DNA of 59,940 bases from an uncultured Alphaproteobacteria bacterium (GTDB lineage Bacteria > Pseudomonadota > Alphaproteobacteria > Methylaequorales > Methylaequoraceae): NCBI GenBank assembly GCA_902526865.1, contig CABZMK010000006.1, positions 1 through 59,940 on the forward strand, given 5' to 3'. The translations under genes and the position numbers were made by a program. Below, one piece after another: positions 21,702 to 34,446 of this stretch; position 1 is the stretch's first letter, and every line of letters starts with the position of its first letter. The notes beneath the pieces are model-generated. The model saw nothing but the letters and a program-made list of their open reading frames with translations, was not told where the DNA came from and did no database searches.

Positions 21702-22394
21702 TTAACTATCGACTTTCTTTAATTCGTCACTAAGAACTTTATCGGGATTATTATTATCGTTAGTTTCTCTTTCAAATTTTTCACCTTTAAATATCCAAAC
21801 CTTTATTCCACAAATTCCATAAGTAGTGTTTGCTCTAGAGACTCCATAATCTACATCTGCCCTTAGTGTATGCAAAGGTACTCTTCCCTCTCTATACCAT
21901 TCTGTTCTTGCGATTTCCGCGCCTCCTAGTCTACCACTGCAATTTACTCTTATGCCCTCTGCCCCCAATCTCATGGCAGATTGAACAGCCCTTTTCATTG
22001 CTCTTCTAAATGCAATTCTTTTTTCCAGCTGCTGAGCTATGTTATCTGCAACCAATTGGGAATCAAGTTCTGGTTTTTTAATTTCAACAATATTAATGTT
22101 GACATCCCCACTTACCATTTTAGTTACTGATTTTTTTAATTTCTCAATATCGGAGCCCTTTTTACCAATTATTACACCAGGTCTTGATGTATAAAGTGTA
22201 ATATTTGCTAACTTAGCAGGCCTTTCTATAACAATCTTTGAAATTCCTGCTGAGCTTAGTCTTTTCATTAGAAATCTTCTAAGATTAATATCTTCTTGAA
22301 GAAGTTCAGAATAATTTTTTTCCGAAAACCATCTCGACTCCCATGATTTGATTATGCCCAATCTAAGACCAATTGGATTAGTTTTTTGTCCCAT
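21702..22394 (-). CDS. rpsC: 30S ribosomal protein S3
   Basis: [35 protein letters not shown]. Confidence 0.98.
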   Translation of the reverse strand: MGQKTNPIGLRLGIIKSWESRWFSEKNYSELLQEDINLRRFLMKRLSSAGISKIVIERPAKLANITLYTSRPGVIIGKKGSDIEKLKKSVTKMVSGDVNINIVEIKKPELDSQLVADNIAQQLEKRIAFRRAMKRAVQSAMRLGAEGIRVNCSGRLGGAEIARTEWYREGRVPLHTLRADVDYGVSRANTTYGICGIKVWIFKGEKFERETNDNNNPDKVLSDELKKVDS

Positions 22395-22809
22395 TATCTT
22401 CCTTCATTTTTGTATTTACTGGTTTTTTTTTTTTTTCTTCAAGCTCTTCTCTTTCTTGCACAAGAATTCTAATTCTAGAAAAAGTCTTTAAGATTTTTCC
22501 AGCCCTTCCTCGAGCTCTTGGTCTAAACCTCTTTAGAACCAAAGATTTTCCAACACTTGCTTCTTTAACAAATAATTTATCGATATCAAGTTGATGATTA
22601 TTTTCAGCATTTGAAATTGCAGATTTTAAAATTTTTAAAACTTCGCCAGAAATTCTTCTTTTGGAAAAAATTAAATTGTTAATAGCTTTTTCTACTTTAA
22701 GACCTCTGATTAATCCCAAAACTAGATTCGTTTTTTGAGGACTTGATTTTAATGATTTTCCAATTGCTTTAACCACCAGAGTCTCTTCCTTATCGTTCTT
22801 TTTAACCAT
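22378..22809 (-). CDS. rplV: 50S ribosomal protein L22
   Basis: [25 protein letters not shown]; ATG 22809 preferred (alternative TTG 22818). Confidence 0.95.
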   Translation of the reverse strand: MVKKNDKEETLVVKAIGKSLKSSPQKTNLVLGLIRGLKVEKAINNLIFSKRRISGEVLKILKSAISNAENNHQLDIDKLFVKEASVGKSLVLKRFRPRARGRAGKILKTFSRIRILVQEREELEEKKKKPVNTKMKEDNGTKN

Positions 22810-22824
22810 AATCTTCAAAATTTC

Positions 22825-23097
22825 CTATGATGTTTTCTTATCAGCATTATGACCTTTATAAGTTCTAGTAGGAGAAAATTCCCCAAATTTGTGACCGACC
22901 ATATTTTCACTTACTGTCACGGGTATATGTTTTTTCCCATTATGTACACCGAACGTTAAACCAACAAACTCTGGTAGAATAGTAGACCTTCTAGACCAAG
23001 TCTTTATTACATCGTTTCTTCCTGAACTCTTTACGGCCTCAGCTTTCTTAATCAAATAAACATCAACAAATGGTCCTTTCCATACTGATCTGGACAT
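22825..23097 (-). CDS. rpsS: 30S ribosomal protein S19
   Basis: [30 protein letters not shown]. Confidence 0.98.
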   Translation of the reverse strand: MSRSVWKGPFVDVYLIKKAEAVKSSGRNDVIKTWSRRSTILPEFVGLTFGVHNGKKHIPVTVSENMVGHKFGEFSPTRTYKGHNADKKTS

Positions 23098-23921
23098 TAT
23101 TTTTTACCTCTTCTAATTATATATTTATCGGTTCTTTTATTGTTTCTGGTTTTCTTTCCCTTTGCTGAGAAGCCTTTTCTAGAAACGGGGTTCCTACCAC
23201 CAGACGTTCGTCCTTCACCCCCGCCGTGAGGATGATCTACAGGATTCATTGCTACACCGCGAACTACGGGACGAATTCCCATCCAACGTTTTCTTCCCGC
23301 TTTACCAAGTTTAATGTTTTTGTTATCTGGATTTGAAACCATTCCAATAGTTGCACGACATTCTATTCTAACTATTCTTATTTCGCCAGATGAAAGTTTT
23401 ATCTGAGCATATTCAGAATCTTTTCCGATAAGCTGACTGTAAGTTCCAGCAGATCTATTGAGTTGTCCACCTTTACCAGGCTTCATTTCAACATTGTGAA
23501 TCAAAGTATCTGTTGGAATATTTTTAAGTTGCATACAATTCCCTACTTTAATGTCTGCTTTATCTGATGAAATAATCTTGTCACCTATCTTTAATTTTTG
23601 AGGTGAAATTATATATGAAAATATACCATTTTCATATTTGATAAGTGCAATATTAGCGGTTCTATTGGGGTCATATTCTATTCTTTCTACTGTTGCGCAA
23701 ACGTCTTTTACATTTCTTTTAAAGTCTACCAATCTATATTTTCTTTTATGTCCTCCGCCCTGTCTTCTAGAGGTTAGATGACCAAAGTTATTTCTACCAC
23801 CACTTTTTGTTAAACCTTTTGTAAGTTTTTTAAATGGTTTTCCTTTGTGTAAATCACTATTGTCAGTTAGTACTAGTGCTCTTTGACCTGCAGTGTTAGG
23901 TTTGAATTGTTTTAATGCCAT
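23097..23921 (-). CDS. rplB: 50S ribosomal protein L2
   Basis: [30 protein letters not shown]. Confidence 0.98.
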   Translation of the reverse strand: MALKQFKPNTAGQRALVLTDNSDLHKGKPFKKLTKGLTKSGGRNNFGHLTSRRQGGGHKRKYRLVDFKRNVKDVCATVERIEYDPNRTANIALIKYENGIFSYIISPQKLKIGDKIISSDKADIKVGNCMQLKNIPTDTLIHNVEMKPGKGGQLNRSAGTYSQLIGKDSEYAQIKLSSGEIRIVRIECRATIGMVSNPDNKNIKLGKAGRKRWMGIRPVVRGVAMNPVDHPHGGGEGRTSGGRNPVSRKGFSAKGKKTRNNKRTDKYIIRRGKK

Positions 23922-23924
23922 AGT

Positions 23925-24230
23925 TTACTTAACCTCTACTGTTGTATCTATCGAATTTCCCTCAGCAAGTTTGACAAATGCTTTCTTAAAATCAGGTCGT
24001 TTACCGGAAATATTTCTAAACTTTTTAATTTTACCGTTTTGATTTAGCGTATTCACTGATAAAACTTTTACATCAAATAACTTTTCAACTGCTTGTTTTA
24101 TTTGAGGTTTGGTTGACTTATTAGAAACTTTAAAAACGTAGTAATTGAATTGTGAAACGTAAGTAGATTTTTCCGAAACCAAAGGGTTTCTGATAATTTC
24201 ATATAACTTCTGAATTGAAATTTTTTTCAT
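23925..24230 (-). CDS. rplW: 50S ribosomal protein L23
   Basis: PLVSEKS, IKQAVEKLFDVKV, KKAFVKL. Confidence 0.97.
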   Translation of the reverse strand: MKKISIQKLYEIIRNPLVSEKSTYVSQFNYYVFKVSNKSTKPQIKQAVEKLFDVKVLSVNTLNQNGKIKKFRNISGKRPDFKKAFVKLAEGNSIDTTVEVK

Positions 24231-24850
24231 TTGTTCAACCTTTCGTGAATACCAGTTACAGCACTTGAGGAAAAAACCAAATAATCTCTTCTCAAGATGT
24301 CGTAAACGTTTAATCCTACTAGAGGTAGAATATCAATTTTTGGGACATTTTTAGCTGCTAGTAAAAAGTTTTTGTCAATGTCTTTGTTTTCAACAAATAG
24401 TGCGGAATTTATTTTTAGGTTTGAGAGCTTATTTTTAAACAGGCTGGTTTTTGGTTTCGCCATTTTTAGCTCATCAATTATTTTAAACTTCCCATCTTTT
24501 AACTTTTTAGATAGAACCATTTTAAGGGCTAATTTTTTAATTTTTTTTGGAAGTTTATGAGCATGCGATCTAACTTGCGGACCAAAGATAACAGCACCAC
24601 CTCTCATTTGAGGTGACCTTTTGCTTCCTTGTCTTGCGCTACCAGTTCCTTTTTGCTTAAAAGGTTTTTTTGTCGTTCCAGAAATTTCGGAAATACCTTT
24701 AGTTTTGTGGTTACCGCTTCTTCTTTTAGAAAGTTGATATCTAACCATTCTATAAATAATTTCATCTTTGATTTCAATTGAAAAGATTGACTTATCCAGA
24801 TCTATTTCTTTAAGTGTTTTGTTATCTAATGTATTTATTTTTTCTTTCAT
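24227..24850 (-). CDS. rplD: 50S ribosomal protein L4
   Basis: KPFKQKGTGSARQGS, GGAVIFGP. Confidence 0.98.
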   Translation of the reverse strand: MKEKINTLDNKTLKEIDLDKSIFSIEIKDEIIYRMVRYQLSKRRSGNHKTKGISEISGTTKKPFKQKGTGSARQGSKRSPQMRGGAVIFGPQVRSHAHKLPKKIKKLALKMVLSKKLKDGKFKIIDELKMAKPKTSLFKNKLSNLKINSALFVENKDIDKNFLLAAKNVPKIDILPLVGLNVYDILRRDYLVFSSSAVTGIHERLNK

Positions 24851-24861
24851 CTTATTTATTT

Positions 24862-25692
24862 TTATGATTTTTCTGTTTGCTTTGGATCAGAAATTAATTG
24901 ATTATTTTGTTCCACTTCTTTTACGTCAGCATTTCCTACTCCTTTTTGAATGTTTTCATTTTCAACATTTTCAGGCGCATTCGTGTTAGTATCTTTAGAT
25001 TTTTGAGGCAAAATATCTTCATTAATATTTTGATTAACATTTTCATTTAAAGAAATCTTTTGTTTTTTCTTTACCGCATCGACTATTTTTATTATTGAAC
25101 CTTTGTGACCGGGAACTGCACCTTTTAGGATAATGAGATTATTTACGGTATCGATGTTTAAAATTTTTAAATTCTGAATTGTAACTTTTTTGTTACCAAG
25201 TCGCCCAGCCATTTTCTTTCCTTTAAAAACCTTTCCTGGATCTTGACATTGACCTGTTGATCCGTGTGACCTATGGGATATCGATACGCCATGAGTTGCT
25301 CTATTTCCTGCAAAATTGTGTCTTTTCATTCCGCCCGCGAAACCTTTTCCAATCGAATTTGATGTTACATCGACAAACTGACCCACTATAAAGTTTGATA
25401 CGTTCATCATATCACCAATTTTAAAATGACTTCGTTCTTTTAACTTAAATTCCCGTGAGTAAGAAAATGCTTTTAATTTATTTTTCTTAAGAAATTCTTT
25501 AAATGGTTTGTCAACAGATTTTGTGTAATTACCATGAGAAAGAGTGACAGCATTGTATCCATCTTTTTCATAACTTTTAAGAGAAACTACTTGGCATTCT
25601 CTTACCTGAAGGACTGTGACAGAGTGATTGATTTTATCTTTATCATAAAATCGAGACATTCCAACTTTTTCAGCTAACAAACCTTCCCTCAT
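24862..25692 (-). CDS. rplC: 50S ribosomal protein L3 with C-terminal extension
   Basis: GKGFAGGMKRHNF, HRSHGSTGQCQDPGKVFKGKKMAG. Confidence 0.98.
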   Translation of the reverse strand: MREGLLAEKVGMSRFYDKDKINHSVTVLQVRECQVVSLKSYEKDGYNAVTLSHGNYTKSVDKPFKEFLKKNKLKAFSYSREFKLKERSHFKIGDMMNVSNFIVGQFVDVTSNSIGKGFAGGMKRHNFAGNRATHGVSISHRSHGSTGQCQDPGKVFKGKKMAGRLGNKKVTIQNLKILNIDTVNNLIILKGAVPGHKGSIIKIVDAVKKKQKISLNENVNQNINEDILPQKSKDTNTNAPENVENENIQKGVGNADVKEVEQNNQLISDPKQTEKS

Positions 25693-25700
25693 AAATTCAC

Positions 25701-26009
25701 CTAAAGTTTAATCTCTATATCAACACCTGCTGCTAGCTCTAACTTTTGTAGTGCATCAACAGTTTGAGGTGTCCACTCAGTAATATCCATCATTCGCTTG
25801 TGAGTTCGCATTTCTAACTGATCACGAGATTTTTTATCAACGTGAGGGGATTTTAATATAGTAAATTTTTCAATAATTGTTGGTAAAGGGATGGGGCCTT
25901 TTACATTGGCACCAGTTCTTTTAGCGGTATTAACTATTTCAAGTGTTGTTTGATCTAATACCCTGTGATCGAACGCTTTAAGTCTGATGCGAATATTTTG
26001 ACTAGCCAT
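25701..26009 (-). CDS. rpsJ: 30S ribosomal protein S10
   Basis: [32 protein letters not shown]. Confidence 0.98.
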   Translation of the reverse strand: MASQNIRIRLKAFDHRVLDQTTLEIVNTAKRTGANVKGPIPLPTIIEKFTILKSPHVDKKSRDQLEMRTHKRMMDITEWTPQTVDALQKLELAAGVDIEIKL

Positions 26010-26031
26010 CTTTCAAAGTCCTCATTAAATA

Positions 26032-27222
26032 TTATTCAACAATCTCAGCAACAACTCCAGCTCCCACAGTTCTTCCGCCTTCTCTGATAGCGAACTTTAA
26101 GCCTTTGTCCATTGCAATTGGGGTTAACAATTCAACTGAAACAGAAACGTTGTCACCTGGCATAACCATTTCAGTTCCAGAGGGCAATTCTATGGTTCCA
26201 GTAACATCAGTTGTTCTGAAATAGAATTGAGGTCTGTAATTTTTGAAGAACGGTGTATGCCTTCCACCCTCGTCTTTATTCAAAATATAAGCCTCTGCTT
26301 TAAACTTTTTGTGAGGTTTAATGGACCCAGGTTTTGCTAGAACTTGACCTCTTTCAACTTCTTCTCTTTTGGTTCCTCTGAGAAGTACACCTACATTGTC
26401 ACCAGCTTCACCTCTATCTAGCAGTTTCCTGAACATTTCAACACCAGTGCAAACGGTTTTTTGAGTTTCTTTAATCCCTGTGATCTCTATTTCGTCGTTT
26501 ACATTTACAACACCTCTTTCAACTCTTCCAGTTACAACAGTTCCTCTTCCTGAAATAGAAAAAACATCCTCAATTGGCATTAAGAAATCTTGATCAAGTG
26601 GTCTTGCTGGTTGAGGAATATGTTCATCAACTTTCTGCATTAATTCTAAAATTGCCTTTTTACCAGTTTCTTCATTTGTGTTTTCGATTGCTGCAAGAGC
26701 TGATCCTTTTACAATCGGAATATTATCACCATCAAACTCGTACTTTGACAAAAGCTCTCGTACTTCCATCTCAACTAAATCGAGAAGCTCAGGATCATCT
26801 ACTTGATCAACTTTATTCATAAAAACAACAATAGATGGAACACCTACTTGACGAGCCAATAGAATATGCTCTTTAGTTTGAGGCATAGGACCATCCGCCG
26901 CTGAAACAACAAGTATCGCACCATCCATTTGAGCAGCACCAGTGATCATATTCTTTACATAATCAGCATGACCAGGGCAATCAACATGTGCATAATGTCT
27001 TTTATCTGTTTGATACTCAACGTGAGCGGTGGAGATTGTTATACCTCTCTCCTTTTCTTCTGGTGCTTTGTCTATTTGAGCATAATCCATAGCGGTTGCT
27101 CCACCAGTTTCCGATAAAACTTTTGTGATTGCTGCAGTTAAAGTAGTTTTCCCATGATCAACGTGACCAATTGTTCCAATATTACAATGAGGTTTACTTC
27201 TGTCGAATTTTTCTTTTGCCAT
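26032..27222 (-). CDS. tuf: elongation factor Tu
   Basis: [35 protein letters not shown]. Confidence 0.99.
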   Translation of the reverse strand: MAKEKFDRSKPHCNIGTIGHVDHGKTTLTAAITKVLSETGGATAMDYAQIDKAPEEKERGITISTAHVEYQTDKRHYAHVDCPGHADYVKNMITGAAQMDGAILVVSAADGPMPQTKEHILLARQVGVPSIVVFMNKVDQVDDPELLDLVEMEVRELLSKYEFDGDNIPIVKGSALAAIENTNEETGKKAILELMQKVDEHIPQPARPLDQDFLMPIEDVFSISGRGTVVTGRVERGVVNVNDEIEITGIKETQKTVCTGVEMFRKLLDRGEAGDNVGVLLRGTKREEVERGQVLAKPGSIKPHKKFKAEAYILNKDEGGRHTPFFKNYRPQFYFRTTDVTGTIELPSGTEMVMPGDNVSVSVELLTPIAMDKGLKFAIREGGRTVGAGVVAEIVE

Positions 27223-27246
27223 TATAATTACTCCTTATTTAAAAAA

Positions 27247-29328
27247 TTAACCAGAAACTTTTTCCTTAACTTCTTCAGCCACATTACGAGGAACTTCCTC
27301 GTAGTGATTAAAAGTCATGGTGTAACTCGCTCTACCCTGGCTCATAGAACGTAAATTATTAACATATCCAAACATATTAGCTAAAGGAACCATTCCGTTA
27401 ACGACGTGATTTACACCCCTTTGCTCCATGCCTGAAACTTGACCCCTTCTAGAGTTTAAATCTCCAATAATATCACCCATGTATTCTTCGGGTGTTACAA
27501 CTTCAACTTTCATCATTGGTTCTAGAAGAACAGCTTTTGCTTTTGGCATTGCTTCTCTGAATGCTGCCCTTGCAGCAATTTCAAATGCCATTACGCTTGA
27601 GTCTACGTCGTGAAATGCGCCATCAACAAGTGTGCATTTAAAATCAATGACTGGAAAACCGGCTAGAAAGCCTGTTTCAATGGAGGCTTTTAAACCTTTT
27701 TCAACACCAGGTATGTATTCTTTGGGAACTCTTCCTCCAACAATTTTACTCTCAAAGATAAAGCCATCACCCTTAGAAAGTGGTTCAAATTCCATAACAA
27801 CCTTAGCAAATTGTCCAGCACCACCTGATTGTTTCTTGTGAGTATAATCAACTGAAGCTGGCTGCGTTATTGTTTCTCTGTAAGCTACTTGAGGTGCACC
27901 CACTGTTGCATCAACTTTAAATTCCCTCAGCATTCGATCAACTAAAATTTCGAGATGAAGTTCTCCCATCCCTTTCATAACAGTTTGACCAGATTCATGA
28001 TCAACACTAACTTTGAATGATGGATCTTCAGCGGCAAGTCGTTGAAGAGCAACGCCCATTTTTTCTTGATCTGCTTTTGTTTTTGGTTCTACAGCTACTT
28101 CAATAACAGGATCTGGAAACTCCATTCTTTCGAGAATAACAGCATCTTGTGAGTCACAGAGGGTGTCACCAGTAGTTGTATCTTTAAGTCCCGCGACTGC
28201 AATTATATCACCTGCATAAGCTGTTTTAATATCTTCTCTAGAGTTAGAATGCATTTGAAGCATCCTTCCAAATCTTTCTTTTTTATCTTTGACTGAATTT
28301 AAAACCGAACTTCCAGCTTCAATTTTACCAGAATAAACTCTCATAAAAGTTAAAGATCCCACAAAAGGATCATTCATGATTTTAAAAGCAAGAGCCGAAA
28401 AAGGTTCTGTATCAGAACTTTTTCTAGTAATTGCTTCGTCCTCTTTCTGGTATTTAATCCCTTTGATTGCAGGAACATCTAAAGGTGATGGCAAGAAATC
28501 AACAACTGCATCCAACATTGGTTGAACTCCTTTGTTTTTGAAGGCACTTCCACAAAGTACAGGAACGAATGTACCGCGTATTGTACCTTTTCTGATTAAT
28601 GATTTAATTTGATCTTCGGTTGGAGAAGTGCCATCGAGATATTTTTCCATAATCTCGTCGTCTAATTCAACAACTGTTTCTACTAATTTCTCTCTATACT
28701 TGTTAGCTTCATCTTTCATATCGTCTGGTATTTCTTCATCGGCGAACTTAGCACCCAGTGTTTCTTCCTGCCAAATAACTGCTTTCATTCTAACAAGATC
28801 AATTAAACCTTTAAAATTTGATTCTGAGCCTAAAGGTAATTGAATTACTAGAGGTTTAGCACCAAGCCTATCTACAATCATATCCACACACCTGTAGAAA
28901 TTTGCACCTATTCTATCCATTTTGTTTACAAAACACATTCTAGGAACTCCGTATTTATCTGCCTGTCTCCAAACGGTTTCTGATTGAGGCTCAACACCAG
29001 CTACAGAATCAAATACACAAACGCTTCCATCAAGAACTCTTAATGATCTTTCAACCTCAATTGTGAAGTCTACATGTCCGGGTGTGTCGATAATATTAAT
29101 TCTTTTGTCATTCCAAAAACAAGTTGTTGCAGCCGACGTTATTGTTATGCCTCTTTCTTGTTCTTGCTCCATCCAATCCATTGTAGCCGCACCATCATGA
29201 ACTTCTCCTATTTTGTGAGATACACCAGTGTAGTACAAGATTCTTTCAGTTGTCGTTGTTTTACCTGCATCTATGTGAGCCATAATTCCAATATTTCTGT
29301 AGTTGTCTAAGTTTGTCTGTCTTGTCAT
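27247..29328 (-). CDS. fusA: elongation factor G
   Basis: [31 protein letters not shown]; start moved to ATG 29328, just after the rpsG stop. Confidence 0.98.
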   Translation of the reverse strand: MTRQTNLDNYRNIGIMAHIDAGKTTTTERILYYTGVSHKIGEVHDGAATMDWMEQEQERGITITSAATTCFWNDKRINIIDTPGHVDFTIEVERSLRVLDGSVCVFDSVAGVEPQSETVWRQADKYGVPRMCFVNKMDRIGANFYRCVDMIVDRLGAKPLVIQLPLGSESNFKGLIDLVRMKAVIWQEETLGAKFADEEIPDDMKDEANKYREKLVETVVELDDEIMEKYLDGTSPTEDQIKSLIRKGTIRGTFVPVLCGSAFKNKGVQPMLDAVVDFLPSPLDVPAIKGIKYQKEDEAITRKSSDTEPFSALAFKIMNDPFVGSLTFMRVYSGKIEAGSSVLNSVKDKKERFGRMLQMHSNSREDIKTAYAGDIIAVAGLKDTTTGDTLCDSQDAVILERMEFPDPVIEVAVEPKTKADQEKMGVALQRLAAEDPSFKVSVDHESGQTVMKGMGELHLEILVDRMLREFKVDATVGAPQVAYRETITQPASVDYTHKKQSGGAGQFAKVVMEFEPLSKGDGFIFESKIVGGRVPKEYIPGVEKGLKASIETGFLAGFPVIDFKCTLVDGAFHDVDSSVMAFEIAARAAFREAMPKAKAVLLEPMMKVEVVTPEEYMGDIIGDLNSRRGQVSGMEQRGVNHVVNGMVPLANMFGYVNNLRSMSQGRASYTMTFNHYEEVPRNVAEEVKEKVSG

Positions 29329-29332
29329 TTTA

Positions 29333-29812
<480 letters not shown>

Positions 29813-30184
29813 TTACTTTGGTCTTTTCGCTCCATATTTGGATCTTCTTTGTTTTCTATTTTTAACACCTTCTGTATCGAGGATACCTCGTAAAACGTGG
29901 TATCTCACGCCTGGAAGATCTTTAACCCTACCACCTCTGATTAAAACAACTGAATGTTCTTGAAGATTATGTCCCTCCCCTGGGATGTAACTTGTAACTT
30001 CAAAACCATTGGTAAGTTTTACTCTAGCCACTTTTCTAAGAGCTGAATTTGGTTTTTTTGGAGTTGTCGTGTACACCCTTGTACAAACGCCCCTTTTCTG
30101 AGGACACCTTTCAAGTGCTGGAACTTTATTTCTCTTAAGTTGTTTAGATCTAGGTGATCTTATTAACTGGTTAATAGTAGGCAT
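29813..30184 (-). CDS. rpsL: 30S ribosomal protein S12
   Basis: [28 protein letters not shown]. Confidence 0.99.
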   Translation of the reverse strand: MPTINQLIRSPRSKQLKRNKVPALERCPQKRGVCTRVYTTTPKKPNSALRKVARVKLTNGFEVTSYIPGEGHNLQEHSVVLIRGGRVKDLPGVRYHVLRGILDTEGVKNRKQRRSKYGAKRPK

Positions 30185-30247
30185 TTTTTCCCTTAATAAT
30201 AGTTAGAAATTGTGTTTGGCTTAAAGCCACTACCAATTATTCGTTGA

Positions 30248-30275
30248 AAATTAACACATCTTAAATCACTGTCAA
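30248..30275 (-). promoter_or_regulatory. putative sigma70 promoter of the str operon
   Basis: TTGACA-N16-TAATTT with TGn extended -10, A-tract upstream. Confidence 0.6.
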
Positions 30276-30295
30276 CAATAGAAAAAAAAAAAGTA

Positions 30296-33200
30296 TTAAG
30301 AGGGTTTTTCTTCGTTTTGTGTTGCCTTACTGAGTAACTCTTTGTCCTTCTGATTTGCTTCAAGTTTTACCTGAGACATAAAAGATCCTGTGCCACAAGG
30401 AACCAATCTTCCAACTATGACGTTTTCTTTTAGTCCCATCAAGCTATCAACTTTTCCAGAGACAGAGGCTTCTGTCAACACTCTTGTTGTTTCTTGAAAT
30501 GAGGCCGCTGAGACAAAACTGTCTGTTTGCAGTGATGCTTTGGTAATACCTAAAAGAATTTTATGCCCTTTTGCTGGTTCTCTTTTTTCTTTTTCAGCGT
30601 TCATATTTTGTTCTAGGAATTCTTTCCTGCTAACTTGTTCGCCAGCTAAAAGTGTGGTTTCACCCGGATCTGTTACTTCTATCTTTTGCATCATTTGTCT
30701 GACTATTACCTCTATGTGTTTGTCATTAATTTTGACACCTTGTAGTCTGTAAACATCTTGTACTTCTTTAGTAAGATATGTTGCTAGAGCCTCGACTCCT
30801 TTAACCCTTAAAATGTCATGCGGAACGGAGTTACCATCAACTAAGACATCACCAATTTCAACAACATCACCTTCTTGAACTGTTAGGTGTTTTGATTTTG
30901 AAATAACATATTCCACAGGGCTTAAATTTGAGTCATTGGGAACTATTGAGATTTTTCTTTTCATCTTGTAGTCCTTACCAAATTCAACCTTTCCAGAGAC
31001 TTCAGCAATGATTGCATGATCTTTTGGTTTTCTTGCTTCAAAAAGCTCAGCAACGCGCGGCAACCCGCCCGTTATATCTTTAGTTTTGCTTGATTCTTTA
31101 GGCACCCTTGCAATAACGTCTCCTTGTTTTATGCTTTGGTCGTTATTTACACTTATAATAGAATCCACTGTTAAAGGATAGTTAGCGGTACTACCATTTT
31201 CTAAAACTAACACTTCTCCATTTGACTTCTTATCATGAATTTCGAGTCGTGGAACAAGATCCTGGTTTTTTGTCTGTTGTTTCCAATCCATGACTATATT
31301 ACTTGATAAACCTGTTGATTCGTCAATTATCTCCCTTGTAGTGATACCCTCCTCCAGATCCTTGAATTTCATAATTCCACTGGTCTGTGCAATGATCGGT
31401 AAAGTAAAAGGGTCCCATTCTGCAATAATGTCATTTGATTTAACATCCTTGTCATCTGTAAAATTAATTTTACAACCAAAAGGTAATCTGTGTTTGGCTT
31501 TTTCTTTTTTATTTTCGTCTAAAATTAAAAGAGAGGCGTTTCTTGACATGTTGATATTATTTCCGGAACTGTCTGTCGCAAATTTTAAATTAAGATACTT
31601 AACTTTTCCTTTAACCTTGGATTCAATATTAGAAACTTCTGTCCCTTTCTGGGCTGCCCCTCCAATGTGAAATGTTCTCATTGTCAACTGTGTACCAGGT
31701 TCACCAATAGACTGAGCTGCTATTACTCCAACTGCTTCTCCGATATTAACAGGAGTTCCTCTTGCAAGATCCCTTCCGTAACATTTGGCGCAGACTCCGA
31801 ATTCAGCTTCGCAAGTCAACACCGACCTGACCTTAATTTCTTCAAATCCAACTTTATCAATTAATGGTAGATTTTCTTCTGAGACAATATCACCAGCTTT
31901 AGCAATAATTTTATTGTCTTTATCAATTAAATCTTTAGCCAAAGTTCTTCCTAAAACTCTCTCTGATAAAGGCTCAACCACTTCACCACCCTCCACTAAT
32001 TCGCTCAAAGTAATAAATTTTGAAGTAAAACAGTCATCGACAGTTATTATTGAATCCTGCGCAACATCAACTAACCTTCTAGTTAGGTATCCAGAATTGG
32101 CCGTTTTAAGCGCTGTATCTGCCAAGCCTTTTCGAGCGCCATGACTTGAGTTGAAATATTCTAGAACAGTTAATCCCTCTTTAAAGTTCGAAACAATCGG
32201 AGTCTCAATTATTTCTCCTGAAGGTTTTGCCATCAGACCCCTCATCCCTGATAACTGCTTTAATTGGGCTGCTGATCCCCTAGCACCCGAATCAGCCATC
32301 ATGTAAACTGAGTTAAAGTTCTCAACTTTATCTGCTTCTTTTGGAACAAGAATTTTCATCATTTCATCAGCGACTGAATCTGAACATTTTGCCCAAGCGT
32401 CAACAACCTTATTATATTTTTCGCCTTTTGTAATTAAACCCTCGGAATATTGTTTTTCATATGATTTTACTTTGTTTTCTGTGTCATCTAGTAAATTAGT
32501 CTTTTCAGATGGTATTAGTAGATCATCTTTTCCAAAGGATATGCCGGCTTTACATGCTTCTCTGAAACCAATTTCCATAAGCTTGTCAGCAAAGATAACT
32601 GTTTTCTTCTGACCGCAATGTCTATACACTAAATCAATTGCATTACTTATTTCTTTTTTCGTAAGAACTTTATTAATTATCTCAAAACTTACTTTTGGAT
32701 GTTTTGGTAGAATTTCACTTATTAACATTCTACCTGGTGTTGTTAACACTGTTTCAGTGATCGGTTCAAAATTTTCATTCACGGTTTCGAATCTACATTT
32801 AATTTTGGAGTGTAATGAAACATTTTTTTGATCTATAGCTATAAGAAGTTCTTCCATCGAAGAAAAAATCATACCTTCACCCATACCCTTTGGACTCATT
32901 AAACTTAGATAATATAAACCTAAAATCATATCTTGAGACGGAACAATAATAGGCTTTCCATTCGCAGGAGATAAAATATTATTTGTTGACATCATAAGCA
33001 CACGTGCCTCAAGTTGAGACTCCAGTGATAATGGTACATGCACTGCCATTTGATCACCGTCAAAATCTGCATTAAAGGCAGTACAAACTAAGGGATGAAG
33101 TTGAATTGCTTTTCCCTCAATTAAAATTGGCTCAAAAGCTTGAATTCCTAATCTGTGTAAAGTTGGCGCCCTATTTAAAAGCACAGGATGTTCTCTAATC

Positions 33201-34444
33201 ACTTCAGCAAGAATATCCCAGACCTCTGGTCTTTCTTTTTCAACCATTTTTTTTGCTGCTTTTACAGTCGTTGCTAAATTATATTTTTCAAGCTTAGAAT
33301 AAATAAATGGTTTAAACAGTTCAATTGCCATTTTTTTTGGAATTCCACATTGATGAAGTTTAAGTTCAGGTCCAACTACAATTACTGACCTTCCAGAATA
33401 ATCAACTCGTTTACCTAAGAGATTTTGCCTAAACCTACCTTGTTTACCTTTAAGCATATCAGACAAAGATTTAAGTGGTCTTTTATTTGTACCAGTTATA
33501 ACTCTTCCTCTTCTTCCATTATCGAATAGCGCATCGCAGGCTTCTTGAAGCATTCTTTTTTCGTTTCTAACGATTATATCGGGCGCTTTTAGGGTTAATA
33601 ACCTCTGTAATCTATTGTTTCTATTGATAACTCTTCTGTACAAATCATTGAGGTCAGAGGTTGCAAACCTACCTCCATCTAAAGGAACAAGTGGTCTCAA
33701 TTCGGGCGGAATAACAGGAATTACATTTAAAATCATCCATTCTGGTTTTAGTTTAGAACCAATAAATGCCTCGATAAGTTTAAGTCTTTTTACTAATTTT
33801 TTCTTTTTTGTTTCAGATGAAGTAGAGTTAAGTTCTTCCCTAACTATTTTTTGTTCCTCTTCAAGATTAATCTCTGAAAGTAACTTTTGAATAGCTTCTG
33901 CACCAATCATGCTTTGAAAACTTTCTCCAAATTCTTCTTTTAATTCTGAATTCTCTTCGTCAGACAAAATCTGAAACTTTTTAAGTGATTTTACCATTCC
34001 AGGTTCAGTAACTATAAAACTCTCGAAATAAAGAACTTTTTCTAGATCTTTAAGGGCTAAATCTAACAATAATCCGATTCTACTCGGTAGGGATTTCAGA
34101 AACCAAATATGTGCAACCGGAGCAGCAAGTGGAATATGTCCCATTCTTTCTCTTCTTACTTTAGTTAAAGTAACCTCCACCCCACATTTTTCACAAATAA
34201 TACCTTTAAATTTCATTCTTTTATATTTGCCGCAGACACACTCATAATCCTTAATTGGACCAAAAATACGGGCACAAAACAATCCACTTCTCTCAGGCTT
34301 AAAAGTCCTATAATTTATTGTTTCTGGCTTTTTAATTTCACCGTGTGACCATGATATAATTTCGTCAGGGCTGGCTATTGATATTCTTAGGTGATCAAAA
34401 TTTACAAAGCTAGGTTTTTCTATAAGTTTTATTAATTCATTCAT
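30296..34444 (-). CDS. rpoC: RNA polymerase beta' subunit
   Basis: KPETINYRT, zinc-finger Cys, [19 protein letters not shown]. Confidence 0.99.
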   Translation of the reverse strand: MNELIKLIEKPSFVNFDHLRISIASPDEIISWSHGEIKKPETINYRTFKPERSGLFCARIFGPIKDYECVCGKYKRMKFKGIICEKCGVEVTLTKVRRERMGHIPLAAPVAHIWFLKSLPSRIGLLLDLALKDLEKVLYFESFIVTEPGMVKSLKKFQILSDEENSELKEEFGESFQSMIGAEAIQKLLSEINLEEEQKIVREELNSTSSETKKKKLVKRLKLIEAFIGSKLKPEWMILNVIPVIPPELRPLVPLDGGRFATSDLNDLYRRVINRNNRLQRLLTLKAPDIIVRNEKRMLQEACDALFDNGRRGRVITGTNKRPLKSLSDMLKGKQGRFRQNLLGKRVDYSGRSVIVVGPELKLHQCGIPKKMAIELFKPFIYSKLEKYNLATTVKAAKKMVEKERPEVWDILAEVIREHPVLLNRAPTLHRLGIQAFEPILIEGKAIQLHPLVCTAFNADFDGDQMAVHVPLSLESQLEARVLMMSTNNILSPANGKPIIVPSQDMILGLYYLSLMSPKGMGEGMIFSSMEELLIAIDQKNVSLHSKIKCRFETVNENFEPITETVLTTPGRMLISEILPKHPKVSFEIINKVLTKKEISNAIDLVYRHCGQKKTVIFADKLMEIGFREACKAGISFGKDDLLIPSEKTNLLDDTENKVKSYEKQYSEGLITKGEKYNKVVDAWAKCSDSVADEMMKILVPKEADKVENFNSVYMMADSGARGSAAQLKQLSGMRGLMAKPSGEIIETPIVSNFKEGLTVLEYFNSSHGARKGLADTALKTANSGYLTRRLVDVAQDSIITVDDCFTSKFITLSELVEGGEVVEPLSERVLGRTLAKDLIDKDNKIIAKAGDIVSEENLPLIDKVGFEEIKVRSVLTCEAEFGVCAKCYGRDLARGTPVNIGEAVGVIAAQSIGEPGTQLTMRTFHIGGAAQKGTEVSNIESKVKGKVKYLNLKFATDSSGNNINMSRNASLLILDENKKEKAKHRLPFGCKINFTDDKDVKSNDIIAEWDPFTLPIIAQTSGIMKFKDLEEGITTREIIDESTGLSSNIVMDWKQQTKNQDLVPRLEIHDKKSNGEVLVLENGSTANYPLTVDSIISVNNDQSIKQGDVIARVPKESSKTKDITGGLPRVAELFEARKPKDHAIIAEVSGKVEFGKDYKMKRKISIVPNDSNLSPVEYVISKSKHLTVQEGDVVEIGDVLVDGNSVPHDILRVKGVEALATYLTKEVQDVYRLQGVKINDKHIEVIVRQMMQKIEVTDPGETTLLAGEQVSRKEFLEQNMNAEKEKREPAKGHKILLGITKASLQTDSFVSAASFQETTRVLTEASVSGKVDSLMGLKENVIVGRLVPCGTGSFMSQVKLEANQKDKELLSKATQNEEKPS

Positions 34445-34446
34445 TA

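Noticed and set aside
22423-22436. T14 run in rplV and other 11-12 nt runs as phase-variable tracts
   Set aside because: In frame, encode Lys runs in essential genes, and are expected from AT bias
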